This document shows positions 38,995 to 50,700 of a stretch of DNA of 64,000 bases, one piece after another (the stretch's first letter is position 1; each line of letters opens with the position of its first letter). The position numbers and the translations under genes were made by a program. Source of the stretch: Lama glama (Eukaryota); NCBI GenBank assembly GCA_028534125.1, contig CM052817.1, positions 69,256,001 to 69,320,000 of the forward strand, written 5' to 3'. The notes below the pieces were generated by a model. That model did not search any database, was not told the DNA's origin, and saw nothing but the letters and a program-made list of their open reading frames with translations.

Positions 38995-40030
38995 ACTAGT
39001 TAGGACTGTTTGGACCACAAGTGACAAGAGCTTGACTTAAATTTATTTAGTAAAACACATACACATATATACATACACATAAATACATATATTTGTCCAC
39101 TTAACTAGAAAGTGAGAAAGTAGTACAATTATATAAAAATGTGATGCACTCAAATATTCCAACTGACTCTTATCAACTGTAAGAAGAGTTCACACATTCA
39201 TACATACATTCATAAGAAAAAGTAGCTTCCAGGAAACCCTGATGCATACATTTGACAAAAATAGACATGTTTCCTCAAATTCCATTCTCCACTTCTTCTA
39301 CGATGGAATGTTTAGCTAGTCATGTGGTTATCCATGTAATGGCTACTATCTCCAGCTTTCCTTGAAGATAGGTGTGGCCATGTAAGTTACAGGCAATATG
39401 ATCTGAGCAGTAGTGACTTACACATCTTCTAGTTATGCCTTTGAGGGGATGAGTTGTGTCCTCCTCCTGTTCATTTTCTTTGCACTGGCTGTAATGCAGA
39501 CATAAGTTGGAGCTGCAGCAGTCATCTTGGACTGCAAGACAAAAGACAAAAGCTGCATGCTTAGCATTGCAGGGTAACTGCGTAGAATGAGCATGGGCCC
39601 TTAATGACTTGGCTGGGGAGAGCTACCATACAGATCAGACTTTTCCATGATAGACTAGTAAACTTCTATCTTGTTTAATACTAGCTTGAGATCTTTATAA
39701 CACCAGCTGACAGATACAGTACTCTTCAAGCATTATTATCCAGAAAAGCAAGAATTTTCTCCTACCTCCAAAATGAGGACTCTTGGAGAAATGCATTGAT
39801 TGGCCTACCTTGGGTCACATGCCTCCCTTTGAACCAATCAACATTAGCAAGAACACAGAAAAATATGGTGCAAATCACACTCTCAGTTCCGGGACTAGGA
39901 GTGTGATATTATGTGCATGATCACAAGGCATGCGCTTTTATGGCTGGCAGTCCCAACGAAATCTTATTGGGTGGGAGAGCAAACATTTTTCAAAAAGAAT
40001 AGTGCTGAACAGTTAAAAACACCACTGCTC
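38995..40030. mobile_element. Nested old MLT1 LTRs
   Basis: ggtgtggccatgt...gtcatcttgga...taaacttctatcttgtttaa; gattggcctaccttgggtcacatgcc. Confidence 0.7.
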
Positions 40031-41576
40031 CAGAGACCGAAGATCATGAGTGACAAACTTTAACAATAAAGTGTATTTTCCTATATTTGAAAATGCACAA
40101 GGAGAAACAACGACAAACAAAGAAAAGCTTTGTTGACTGGAGAAAGCATCCACTTTACAACTGAGTCCTACCAAAATCAAGAATAAAACAAATCCTCACG
40201 ACATCATTAAGGGATGCCTTCTCCTCTGGAATTGTCCTCACTATCTTAGTGGCTTGGTAAGAATAAGGCAAAGCTTCTAATCAATGGTTTATCAATCTGC
40301 TTTGACTTTGATTTCTTTCCAAACAGCTGGTCCCGTTTTAGCAGGAGATTTTTAAGATTATGGACTTTGAAATGGAGATGAAGATTCTAAATCTGTCTCT
40401 GTTCCACAACTAAGTTTTATCCTCTTGATGGTTACAAGTGTGAGTACCTTATGCACAGAAGAAGGGATTTATGCCCAACAAACATAAAAGCTCCTCAGAG
40501 TCCCCATGACTCTTTCACAAACTGCCTCAATCAGTCTGATGTCATGCAAGGTCCACATCTTCCCCAATATCACGTGCTGGAATTGGCGTAAAAGGAATAT
40601 TTTCTTACTACTTGTTTGTGGACTTAATTCCAGTGTTACATCTTATCTCTTTCTGTTTCTTCACAAGGATTGACCTCTGCTTGATTTATCTTTCTATCTC
40701 CACTTGTCCTTGCTATCTAAGCTCATAAAGCTATCTCTCCTAGGCACTCTTAAAGGTGGCTTTATTTTTCCCTTTCAGTAGCAAGTTCATGGTCTACATA
40801 GGGTAACCCCTGAACCTGAGGTTCAAATTAGCTCCTAGAACTCTCTGCCAAGAAACTGCTCCCTAAGAGCTTCCCCACCTCAAGTCACCCATTACTGTGT
40901 CTTGGCCTTGTGGTTGTGGCCCATTTTACACCAGCACGTTAAAGAGTAAAAGGGAGATAAATGTTGAATCAAATCTGTCATTTAAAATTCAGTTGGTTTC
41001 TGATTCACTCATCCATTGTGCCCCTCCAAAAAGTTACAAATGTTATTTGTTAGAGCCATTTAATGACTAAGAAGCTTTTCAGTCCTTCAGTTAAACTTCT
41101 CAAAAGAGTCTTCTGAAAAAAACAGGAAATAACTCTTTGACAAGAGTAAATGAAAGTGAATAGAAGAAACGCTTGAAACCGGTTCCAAATTTTGAACCCA
41201 AAATATTGTCAAATATTCTCCAAATTTTATTTATCACATATTTTTTTTAGACAGCTGCCAGATAACTGATGCATGATAACATGTTAATTTCTGTTTTTTC
41301 CTCATCTTAAGGGCTTTATTCACCAAGAAGGCTAAAATCTTTTTCTGCAGGTAAGCACAAGCAGCATCCTCCTCCAGAGATTTCTAGCTTTTCCTTGAGG
41401 TCAGAGGCTGGACATCATTTGATTTTGATGTGATCCCCTTTAAAAACAACTAAGACAAGAAACTTAATTCTGTTGCAAGAAAGATCCATAATGATTCCTT
41501 TTGGACATAATGATTAAAAAAAATAAATACAGTGGAGGACCTATTTCAAATCTGGAAGTAAGAAATCTCTTAATTC
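40030..41576 (-). pseudogene. Cluster of candidate fossil exons (acceptors at 41576, 41112 and ~40740; ENIPFTPIPARD, VRICFILDFGRTQL)
   Basis: Acceptors cacatttcag|g and ttatttcctgtttttttcag|a; repeat-free block with coding-like frames. Confidence 0.4.
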
Positions 41577-42199
41577 CTGAAATGTGATTGCCTTCTCTAA
41601 TGAAGACAGAGGACCTTTGTCAGATACTTAAAAACAATCCACAACCATTGTTATAAACAGAAGAAATCAAATGACAGATTTCTAAATTCAGATTGATTTT
41701 TTTAATACAGGGCTAACTCAAATTAGAATTAACATTGCTAATATTTTCATTTCCATCATTTAAAAATGATGTGGCTACTATACCTTGGCAACTAAATTCC
41801 ATATTGACTTTAATTCTAATATTGGAGGTCAGATTAAACACCACTTGATTCTTCTAGTTATTTGATTTGTTTATTTATTTGTTCACTTGGCAGAAATAAA
41901 AATTTTAGTTGTCTGTATGTTCAAAGATAAAACTCAACATTGAGCAACATATAAAAATTCAAGACTGGAAAGATGGCCTATCCACTCTCAAAACTTTAGT
42001 AGGAACTAATCATAACCCAGAAAAACTGTTCTAATCATCTAATCTTCACTTCACTACAAGGATACTATACAAATGAAGTATACAAAATTAGAATGGGGAG
42101 ATTTATTGTACATATTAAGGTAAATTAAAATTGTAGCTTAATTTGTTAATTCTACTGGACAAGCTATTTGTAATTAGAAAATTAAGACTCTTGAATCTT

Positions 42200-43130
42200 A
42201 TTTCTCAAAATCCTCTCTCCTACTGACTTGCCTCATCCACCTGCCCCAGGAAAATGATATTTAAAAAAGCCAAACAAACAAATACGAAATAAAGAACCAA
42301 TTGTGACTTCCACAGCATCAAAGAGGAGAGAAAGTTTATAATATTATGAACAAGAATCATGGATTTATCCCCCCTGGAGTAGAACAGGGGAAAAAAGGTA
42401 GGGGCATTAAAAGACCAGGAAATGAAAGGGTTACAATCTGTCCATTAGTGTGAGAAATAGGAATTTGTAGAAAGTACTAGAACAGCTAAAGTTCTGGAAA
42501 AAAACTGAATGCAGGACAAAAGAGTCAGGTAGAGAGCGAACATAAAAGTGACAGCCTCTTTTAAGGTAGAGCTTTGCATATACTGCCTTTTTATTTTTAA
42601 TTTACAGTTTATTAAAGGATATGATAAAGAAAACAAATGAACAGCCAGTGGAAGCACATACTATGTCTTGAGCTCTGGATTTGTGTGTTTCTTGAGACAG
42701 TATGTAAAATCTATTATGTTATCTATGCATGAAGTAAAAGACTGCTTATTCACTGTGGCTTATCAAAATAGGATTAGGAAATGTTATACTTAACAACACA
42801 AGTGATCCAAAACAGACCTTTTTCACATAATTCAGTACCTAATCATAAAGAGCCAGACTCCACTCTCCTACCCAAGGCTTATGATTAGCATTAGACTTTA
42901 AGGAAAGTTTTAAAAGACCAAAGAAATAAGAATATACATCAAACTGAAATGTGTCCCAATATACTCCGTGCTTAATATTCATAGCTATCAGATATTTCAT
43001 CACTATGACACTCTTGATAAAAAATTTTGCTGGCTGATAATGTGCATGTTTCCAAGGGCTGATAAAATTTCTAAACCTATTTATAAGGTTGACAAAAGGA
43101 CCCTTGGACTTTCATATTATAAATATCTCT
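42200..43130 (-). pseudogene. Candidate large fossil exon (KGPFVNLINRFRNFISPWKH...VCFGSLVLLSITFPNPIL.../YVLPLAVHLFSL...TLKEAVTFMFALYL...SFNAPTFFSPVLLQGDKSMILVH)
   Basis: About 300 codons with few stops and one evident frameshift, in AT-rich DNA where stops should be frequent. Confidence 0.45.
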
Positions 43131-43386
43131 CTAAATAACTACATAGTAAAAGAAATTTTAAAAGCTCAATCCACTCCCCTGAGAGATAAAACATTTGGAA
43201 TTTTTTTTTTATCTTAACTGGCTCTAGCAGCTCTGTTACGCTTATATAACTAACTAGCAATAAATAAAAGTCATAACTTTGCTCTATACCTTTAAGATTT
43301 AATAAGCTTCATAAAACCTAGTTGTGTACAATTAATATTCAGAATTTGTGGATAGAATTTACCTTGAGTTTATAGAAAATGAGCAC

Positions 43387-43693
43387 TGTTTGTGAGTGCC
43401 GTACTTCACAACCCTTCTGGGGCCTTTGGGAGATGATTAGGTCATGAGGTCGTCAATGAAATTAGTACACTTATCAGTGCACTTAGAGCTCTCTCATGCC
43501 TTCTACTATGTGAAGATACAGTCAGAAGATGGCTGCCTATGAACCAGGAAATGGGCTCTCACCAGACACTGAATCTGTCGGTACCTTGATCTTGGACTTC
43601 CTAGATTCCAAAACTGTGAGAAATAAATTTGTGTTGTTTTTAAGCCACTCAGTCTATGGTATTCTGTTATAACATCTGGAACTGACTAAGATA
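43387..43693 (+). mobile_element. MLT1A-like MaLR LTR
   Basis: ccttgatcttggacttcc...ctgtgagaaataaatttgtgttgttttaagccactcagtctatggtatt. Confidence 0.9.
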
Positions 43694-43699
43694 AATACT

Positions 43700-46600
43700 T
43701 AATTCTAAAAGGAAGCAAAAGCTAACATCATAGTTAATAGTGTGATGCTGGACACATTTTCCCTAAGATCAGGAATAAGGCAAGAACATCCTCTTTCACC
43801 GTGTATATTCAACCTCATATTGAAAAGCTCTATCTAATGCAATAAGACAAGAAAAGGAAATAAAGTGTATACTAGATGGGAAGGAGGAAATAAAATTGTT
43901 TTTCTACACAGATGACATGATTGTGTATGTTAAAAATCCCAAAGAATAAAGAAAAAACAAAACAAAAAACCTCCTATAATTAATAAGTGAATATAGCAAG
44001 ATTTTAGGATTTAAAAGTCAACTGCTTTCCTATATATCATCAAATGAGAATTTGAACTTTAAAAAATTATACCAGTTACAATAGCACCAAAAAATGAAAT
44101 ACTGAGGCATATACCTAAGAAAAGATGTACAGGATCCATATACAGAAACCTACCAAAACCTAATTTAAAAATTCTATGCAAATTATTAGTCTGTGTTCAT
44201 GGATTAGAAGAATCTATATTATTAAGATGTCAATTCTTTCAAATTTTATCTATAGATTCAAGATAATCCCAATCAAAATCCCAGTAAACTATTTTGGACA
44301 TATTGACAAACTGATTGTAAGGTCTGCATGGAAAGACAAAAACCCAAAATATTCAACACAACACTGAAGAAGAAGAAAATTGGAGAACTGACAGCACTCA
44401 ACTTCAAGATTTATTATAAAACTACAGAAGTCAAGACAGTATAGTACTGGCAAAAGAGTAGACATATAGATTAACAAAATGGAATAAAGAGCACAGTAAC
44501 AGACTCCCCCCACAAATACAGTCAACTGATCTTTGATAAAAGAGCAAAGGCAATTTAATGGACAAAAGATCATCTTCTAAACTTAATGTGGTAATCATTT
44601 CATGATATATATAAATCAAATTGTTATGCTGCACAACTTAAACTTACCCAGTGCTGTATGTCAATTATATCTATATAAAACTGGAAGAAAAAAAGGCTAA
44701 TCTTTAAACAAATCATACTGGAAAACCTGGATATCCATATGCAAAAGTATCATGAAAAGTAACTCAGAATGGATCATTCTCCTCTACGTAAAATGCAAAA
44801 CGATAAAACTTTTAGAATAAAACATAGGGGAAAATCTAGGTGATCTTGGGTTTGGTGAAGAATTTTTACATACATTACTAAAAGCATAACACAGAAAAGA
44901 AAAAAAACTGATGTTAGACTTTATTAAAATTAAAAACTTCTCTCTGCAAAGACACTGTTAAGAAAATGAAAAGGCAAGCCACAGACTGAGGTAAAAACCC
45001 TTTGCAAAACACATATCTGATAAAGAACTTTCACCCAAAATATACCGAAGACCACTTCAAATTCAACAGTAAGAAAACCAATAACCCAACTAAAACATGA
45101 GTAAAAGATCTGAACAGACACCTCGCCAAAAAGATAGATAGCAAATAAGACCTCAATATCATTTGCCATTAGGTAATTGCAAATTAAAACAATGAGATAC
45201 TGCTATACATCTATTAGAATGGCAAACAGTTTTTTTAAACTGACAATAGCAACTTCTGGTGACAGTGTGGAGCAATAGGAACTCTTAGTCATTTCTGATG
45301 GGAGTGCAAAAATGATCCGGCCACTTTGGAATATAATTTGACAGTTTCTTACAAAGCTAAACGTAGTCTTCCCATATAATCTAGCAATCATTCTCTTAGC
45401 TATTTACCCAACTGATGTGAAAAGTTATGTCAACACAAAAATCTGCATATGGATGTTTATAGCAGCTTTATTCGTAATTGTCAAAACTTGGAAGCAGCCA
45501 GATGTCTTTCATTGGTAAGTGCATAAACAAACTGTGATACATTTATGCAATGGTATATTATTCAGCAATAAAAAGAAATGAACTTGCAAGGCATGAAAAA
45601 CATAAATTTTAAATGCGTATGCTAAGTGCTTTCATTTCTTTAAATCAGCCTGAACATACTATATTCCATATGATCTCAATTAGATGACAGTATGGAGAAA
45701 TTAAAAATATATGAAGAGTAAATAGATCAGTGTTTGTGAGGGACTCAGGGAGACGGAGGAGGGTTGAATAGATGGGATGCAGGGGAGATGTCAGGGCAGT
45801 GAAACCATTCTTTATGACACTGTAATTTGGAATGCATGACAGTCTGCATTTCTGAAAACCCACAGAATGCTAACACAAGAGTGAACCTTAATGTAGGCAA
45901 AGTGAAAAAAAAATATTTAGGGTGTCAGGGGATCTCAGAATGGAATGTAGAATATGTCAAAACAATCTAACTATATTACATATATATAAAGCAATCTCAC
46001 TGAAAGGTGGTGGGGATAAAGGTACAGACCCATGGAACTTTGAAAATGAATGGAGTCTCTATGACTAAAGGCAAAAGAAATTGTGCATTATCACTGGATT
46101 CTAGTTGATCGAGCTGTTTCCCATGGAAGTATGCACAAAGAATTCTGATACTGTGATACATGTATGCTGGAACTGAGTAATTAGGTCAATGGATGGTGGC
46201 TGGTGGCAGCCAGGTGTCTCCCCATTGGAGTGGGAGTTCAGAGATGAGTATGGACAGGAAGCTAAAGTGACCCATGTGGTCATGGATTAGATTGGAGACA
46301 TCAGTGTGAACTTCTGTTTAGCGTAAGATAGAGACAGATAGTTACATAATTATTTATAGATATGGTGTATACACGGAGTAAAATAAAGACATGTTTCCTT
46401 GTTCAGTCAATTGAGAGCACCTGGATGCAATGACATCCGGGTAGCAAATACGCGGCACCCAGATTGTCTATTCTAGTACCAATAAAATGAAACCAGGATT
46501 CCTTGGAGAAATGCCTGACTCTAGGTCTGGGGCAGAAAATACACAATATAAGCCTGGAGCATGTTAGAGCACCAAAAAGTAAGAAGGAGCTAAAATCATT

Positions 46601-47475
46601 TTTTTCACATATCCTGCAATGATAGAAGTAAGTCAAAGGACAGTGGAGCCACTAAAAGAGCCTGCCTGGTCACAGCTGGAACCACGTGAGCAACAAAATA
46701 GAGCAGGGCTGGATGAGAACTCCAAGTATAAGTCAAACACCCATGAGTCCACCATGATATAAACGATTGATCAAATAAAGAAGTAAATGGGGGAGAAGAG
46801 AAATATCCCCTGCAAAAGAATTCCAGATAATGTACGTAGGAGCCCCACCCCTGAAGTGTGGGCCATTCATACCACTTCTTTACAAAGAGTGCGGCATGGA
46901 AAGGAGGGAGAAGGTTTGGGAGAAGAGTAACTTTTGAGTGGAGAAATCTGACAAAGACTAACCTTAGCCAAATGACAAAGGTCAACATCAATAATATAAA
47001 TTAAATTGATTTAATGGATTCTTCCCAGGATATAATTAAAGTGGCACTTTGCCTCTGCCACTTTTGAGGAGGGAAGTGGCCTTCCTCCTCAAAACCCACA
47101 TCTAATCATCAGAAAAAGAGGAGACAAATTCCAGTCGAAGGAAAGTTGATACTATATCTGACCAGTATTCCTCAAAACTGTCAAGGTCATCAAAAACAAG
47201 GACAGTTGGAGAAAACTGTCTCAAGCAAGAGAAGCCCAAGGATTCTGGAAAAGAAAAAGGACCTTAGGTAAAAACCAAGGAAACCCAAATGAAGTATGGA
47301 CTTCAATTATAATAATATATCAATATTGGTTCAAGAATTATAACAAATGTACCATAATAACAAGGTGTCAGTAAGAGGGGAAACTGGTTGGAAGTGTCTA
47401 GGAAATCTGTGGATTATTTTTGCAATTTATTTGTAAATCTAAGACTGTTCTACAAAATAAATTTTATGAAAAAAA
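43700..47475 (+). mobile_element. L1MC-like element (decayed ORF2 RT/3' region plus long 3'UTR) with a nested short L1 tail at ~44578-44695
   Basis: ORF2 remnants (CSWIRRIYIIKMSIL; tttttctacacagatgacatgatt, FADD-like); long L1MC-type 3'UTR. Confidence 0.9.
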
Positions 47476-47479
47476 ACTA

Positions 47480-48620
47480 GTTGGAGATCCTGCAATTGGG
47501 AAAAGGATAAAGGAAACAAGACTTTCCAATAAAGAAGCACTTCACAATTGTAGAAACTATTATTAGCCAAATGTACACAATACCAAAAGTAAAAAATACC
47601 TAGACCAAATGTTTTCCAACAATTAATCAACTGTCTACACTTGTATTTTAGGATAATTGTTTTATTCAAAATATCTCATTTGCTTATAATTTAGCAATGA
47701 GTTTTTAAATGTTAATATCAAATACACTTCTAAGTATGGATAATCATTAAACTCATAGGAACAGTGAGTTTATCTTTCTGTTGTGCTCAGAGCTGGTAAT
47801 GTTAATAAGTACTAGAAATCTGAGATCTAGTTTGACAGTTTTAAGCAACAAAGCTCATTTTAATACTTCTTTGGAAGAGATCTGGGTTTGCAAAATAAGA
47901 TAAAACAAAAAAAGTTAAAATCAAGGGGCTAGTCAGCTGTTAAGCCTGGAAAGTGGTTTAATTAAAAAAAATGGAAGTTTTATGCAGCAGATAGTAAGCC
48001 TCTATTTTCGATCTTTAAACAGAGAAAAATAGATTTTTAAAATAATTTCAAATAGAATATTGCATGAAATTATAGAGACTTTTTAGGTAAGATTATAAAA
48101 AAAAGGTAGCTTTACACACCTTTCACATAGTCAATATATCTGAATGCATATACTTATTTATTCTTTCAAAAACATTTATCAACAACTGTAGATAAAATAG
48201 ATGAATTTCCAATGGCCCTAAGTCTCTAATTGAATTTCATAACAACAACAATAAACATGGATACAAGGTCAGGTCAGAAATCATGATTTTGTTCAGTATC
48301 ATCATCTAATTACGATAAAGCCAGTTGATGTGTTCAAAGACAAAGAGTAATTGAAGGGAAGCCGATAAAGGTGGAGGCAGGTGCTTTTGTAATTCTTTAG
48401 CTATATTTGTGACAGCCTTTGAAGACAGATATGACAAGCATGATTATGACTTTCCTTTGAGGCCCACGTTCAATGGCAGATTAGTAACCTGATAAGGTTT
48501 CTATATTTGTCTCCGCAACAGAGATCCATTTTCAAATTAGCCAACACAAAGCATGGTTTCTTTTAATGTTATTGCAACACCCCAGTGATAGGACGGGGCC
48601 ATCTGGATAGATTGGCTGCT
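47480..48620 (-). pseudogene. Candidate fossil coding block (LCVG*FENGSLL; LQLLFVFEHINWL; PMSLMIIH; SRYFLLLVLCTFG)
   Basis: Motif-like translations only; splice sites not defined; overlaps a candidate enhancer. Confidence 0.3.
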
Positions 48621-48660
48621 GATTACTCAGGAGGTCCCTGTAATGAGTAGGTTACCTCTG
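48295..48660. promoter_or_regulatory. Candidate enhancer with clustered GATA, TCF/LEF and homeobox motifs
   Basis: cgataaag twice, tgataagg, gtgatagg; ttcaaag, cctttgaag, cctttgag; ctaattac; several retained CpGs; no repeats. Confidence 0.45.
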
Positions 48661-50269
48661 TGGAACTGCTAGGGGTCAAAGGAACTTCTTCCTGAATCCC
48701 CTGTTTGTTATTTAGAAATGACTTTTCTCAGACTAAACTATTGCTCTTTTAAGGGAGAAGAGTGCGTTATCTTGTTTGCTTGCATGAACCAATGAAGAGG
48801 AAAGGAAAGCAGAGCACTGAGCTCAGTTTCTATGTTGTGATGGGTGGTGGGAGTGGTTCTGGGTGGTGGGCTGTCTCACAGCATGTACAGATGATCTAAG
48901 TCCCACTCCAGGGAAGCATTCGTCCTCTCCCTTGCACTGGAGAATATCCAGCTTCTGGAAACAGGAAATGGGCTGAAGTGTGCCAACCACAGGAACACAT
49001 GAGCCACTTTGAGAACACACCAAACTCTGCCTTCATCCAAAATTTCCTCTTTTCGAGAAAAAAAATGATACTTTCACACCTTTTATTTTGGACTTGTCCA
49101 TCAGGAAATTCTCACTGAGCACCTCCTACATATGTCACACTATTCTGGCACCAGAACATATGGGTTAGCATTTTTGTTCTGTAGAACGAAGAGCAGAGTT
49201 GGAAGAGGCAAACTCAGGTACAGGTTTCTCCACAGTGCCCAACTGAGATCCTCCTCTCGTTTTGGGGTATAAGATTTCCTAAGCCCAGGAGGGAAACAAA
49301 AGCCATCCTCCTTATTATTAACTTGGGGGTGGAGGCAGGTCAAGAATATTTACTGAGCACCTAAGGCCACTTGACCAGTGCTCAACATATGGGCAGGAAA
49401 TTTTTCTAAAATATTTGTGTTTCTCCTTCTTACTTTTTTTTTTTTTTAATGTCTCATCTTCCCAGAGTAGTGTCTTGCCTTCCCTGATTTCCAGGCCATT
49501 GAACAGAAGCTGCTTGAAGTCAATGTTTCCCTATCATTTGGAAAATTTTTAATTTACTGAAGAGAACGTCCCAGATATTCCAGAGGGAAGTGGGGTGACT
49601 CTGTGGACAAGGAGAGAGAAGACTCCCAGAAAGTGGGAAGAGGACAAGGCTATTTGGATCTTAACTAGGACTGGATCCAGGTGGAAAGGTCAGAGAGAAA
49701 CAGATGCACTCTACAGCCACCAAGGCCAAACTCCGGCAGTTGTGGTTCCCAGTCTTGCACCCTCATCCCGAGTTCAGCTAAGAGCCTATGAAGCCGCCAG
49801 AGCTGAGGGATCACTCAGACAAGGCTGACCAGCATGAGGTACCCAACTTCATTCTACTCTGGAAGAAAGACCCTTGCTTCAACTTTCATCAGGAAATTGG
49901 TTCAGGAGAGAGAGGTGAACCTCACTGAAAACTCAAATTGAAGCCCCTTCAAGTTAGGAGTCAAATTTCAACCAATTTAATTCAAATAAAGACATGCAGT
50001 TATTTTTTCACTCCTGAATTTGTAGTTACACCTCTATACTTACTCCTCACAGCTTTTCTCACCTAATTCTCAAAACAGCTCATGCTGTAAGTGTTGCTAC
50101 TCCCTTCTATCTCCTGAATCACAACATGAGTTATCTCTGGTTTTCGTTTTGGATTTCAGGTACACAGACTTCATTTAATCAGAATCCATGGATCATGACA
50201 CACTCCTGTCACTGGTCCATACTGACCATCTTTATGTAACTGGCTTACAATTTTTGGTTACTCTTTATT

Positions 50270-50700
50270 ATCTAATAAGCACACATGAAACCAACATTCA
50301 GAATAAAAGCTAGAACCTTGACATACACCTTTATACCAGCCCATTCCATTCCTTTGCTTCCCCCCATGCAAGGTAACCCCCATCTCAAATCCTATTTGTT
50401 AGTCCCTTTTTTCTTTTATGATATGGTTTTATTATCTCTATTTGTATTCTTAAAAATGTCTATTTGTATTGGATTGCTTTTAATATTATAAATGTGGTAT
50501 CATGCTGTATGTAAATGGGGGACTGATTACACTTAAAATTATATTGTTATATTTATTGATATTACTGGGTGGGACTGTAATCTATTTGCTTGACAGCTAC
50601 ATAAGATTCTATTGTGTAACTGTACTCTTATTATTCATGCCCCCTACCTTCTACAAAAAAAGGCATTTGGGTTGCTTCCAGTTTTGCTATCATGAACAGT
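50270..50700 (-). mobile_element. Old L1ME-like 3' fragment
   Basis: ggcatttgggttgcttccagttttgctatcatgaaca. Confidence 0.65.

Larger units (their letters stand above)
1..48620 (-). pseudogene. Decayed multi-exon (unitary) pseudogene; putative large tandem P-loop NTPase protein, possibly Crinkler/RHS-like; probably continues past the window start
   Basis: More than 15 same-strand exon-like blocks in the repeat-free intervals, many with polypyrimidine-AG acceptors and GT(A/G)AG donors. Phase-compatible junctions at 17197/16992, 16812/16747, 14765/12679, 12612/11519 and 8028/7231. Long frames with scattered stops and frameshifts. The extent upstream of ~22 kb is less certain. Confidence 0.6.

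Noticed and set aside
14758..48093. 16-bp inverted match atcttacctaaaaagt (14758-14773 versus 48078-48093)
   Set aside because: A single AT-rich 16-mer match is roughly expected by chance in 64 kb, and there is no flanking similarity.
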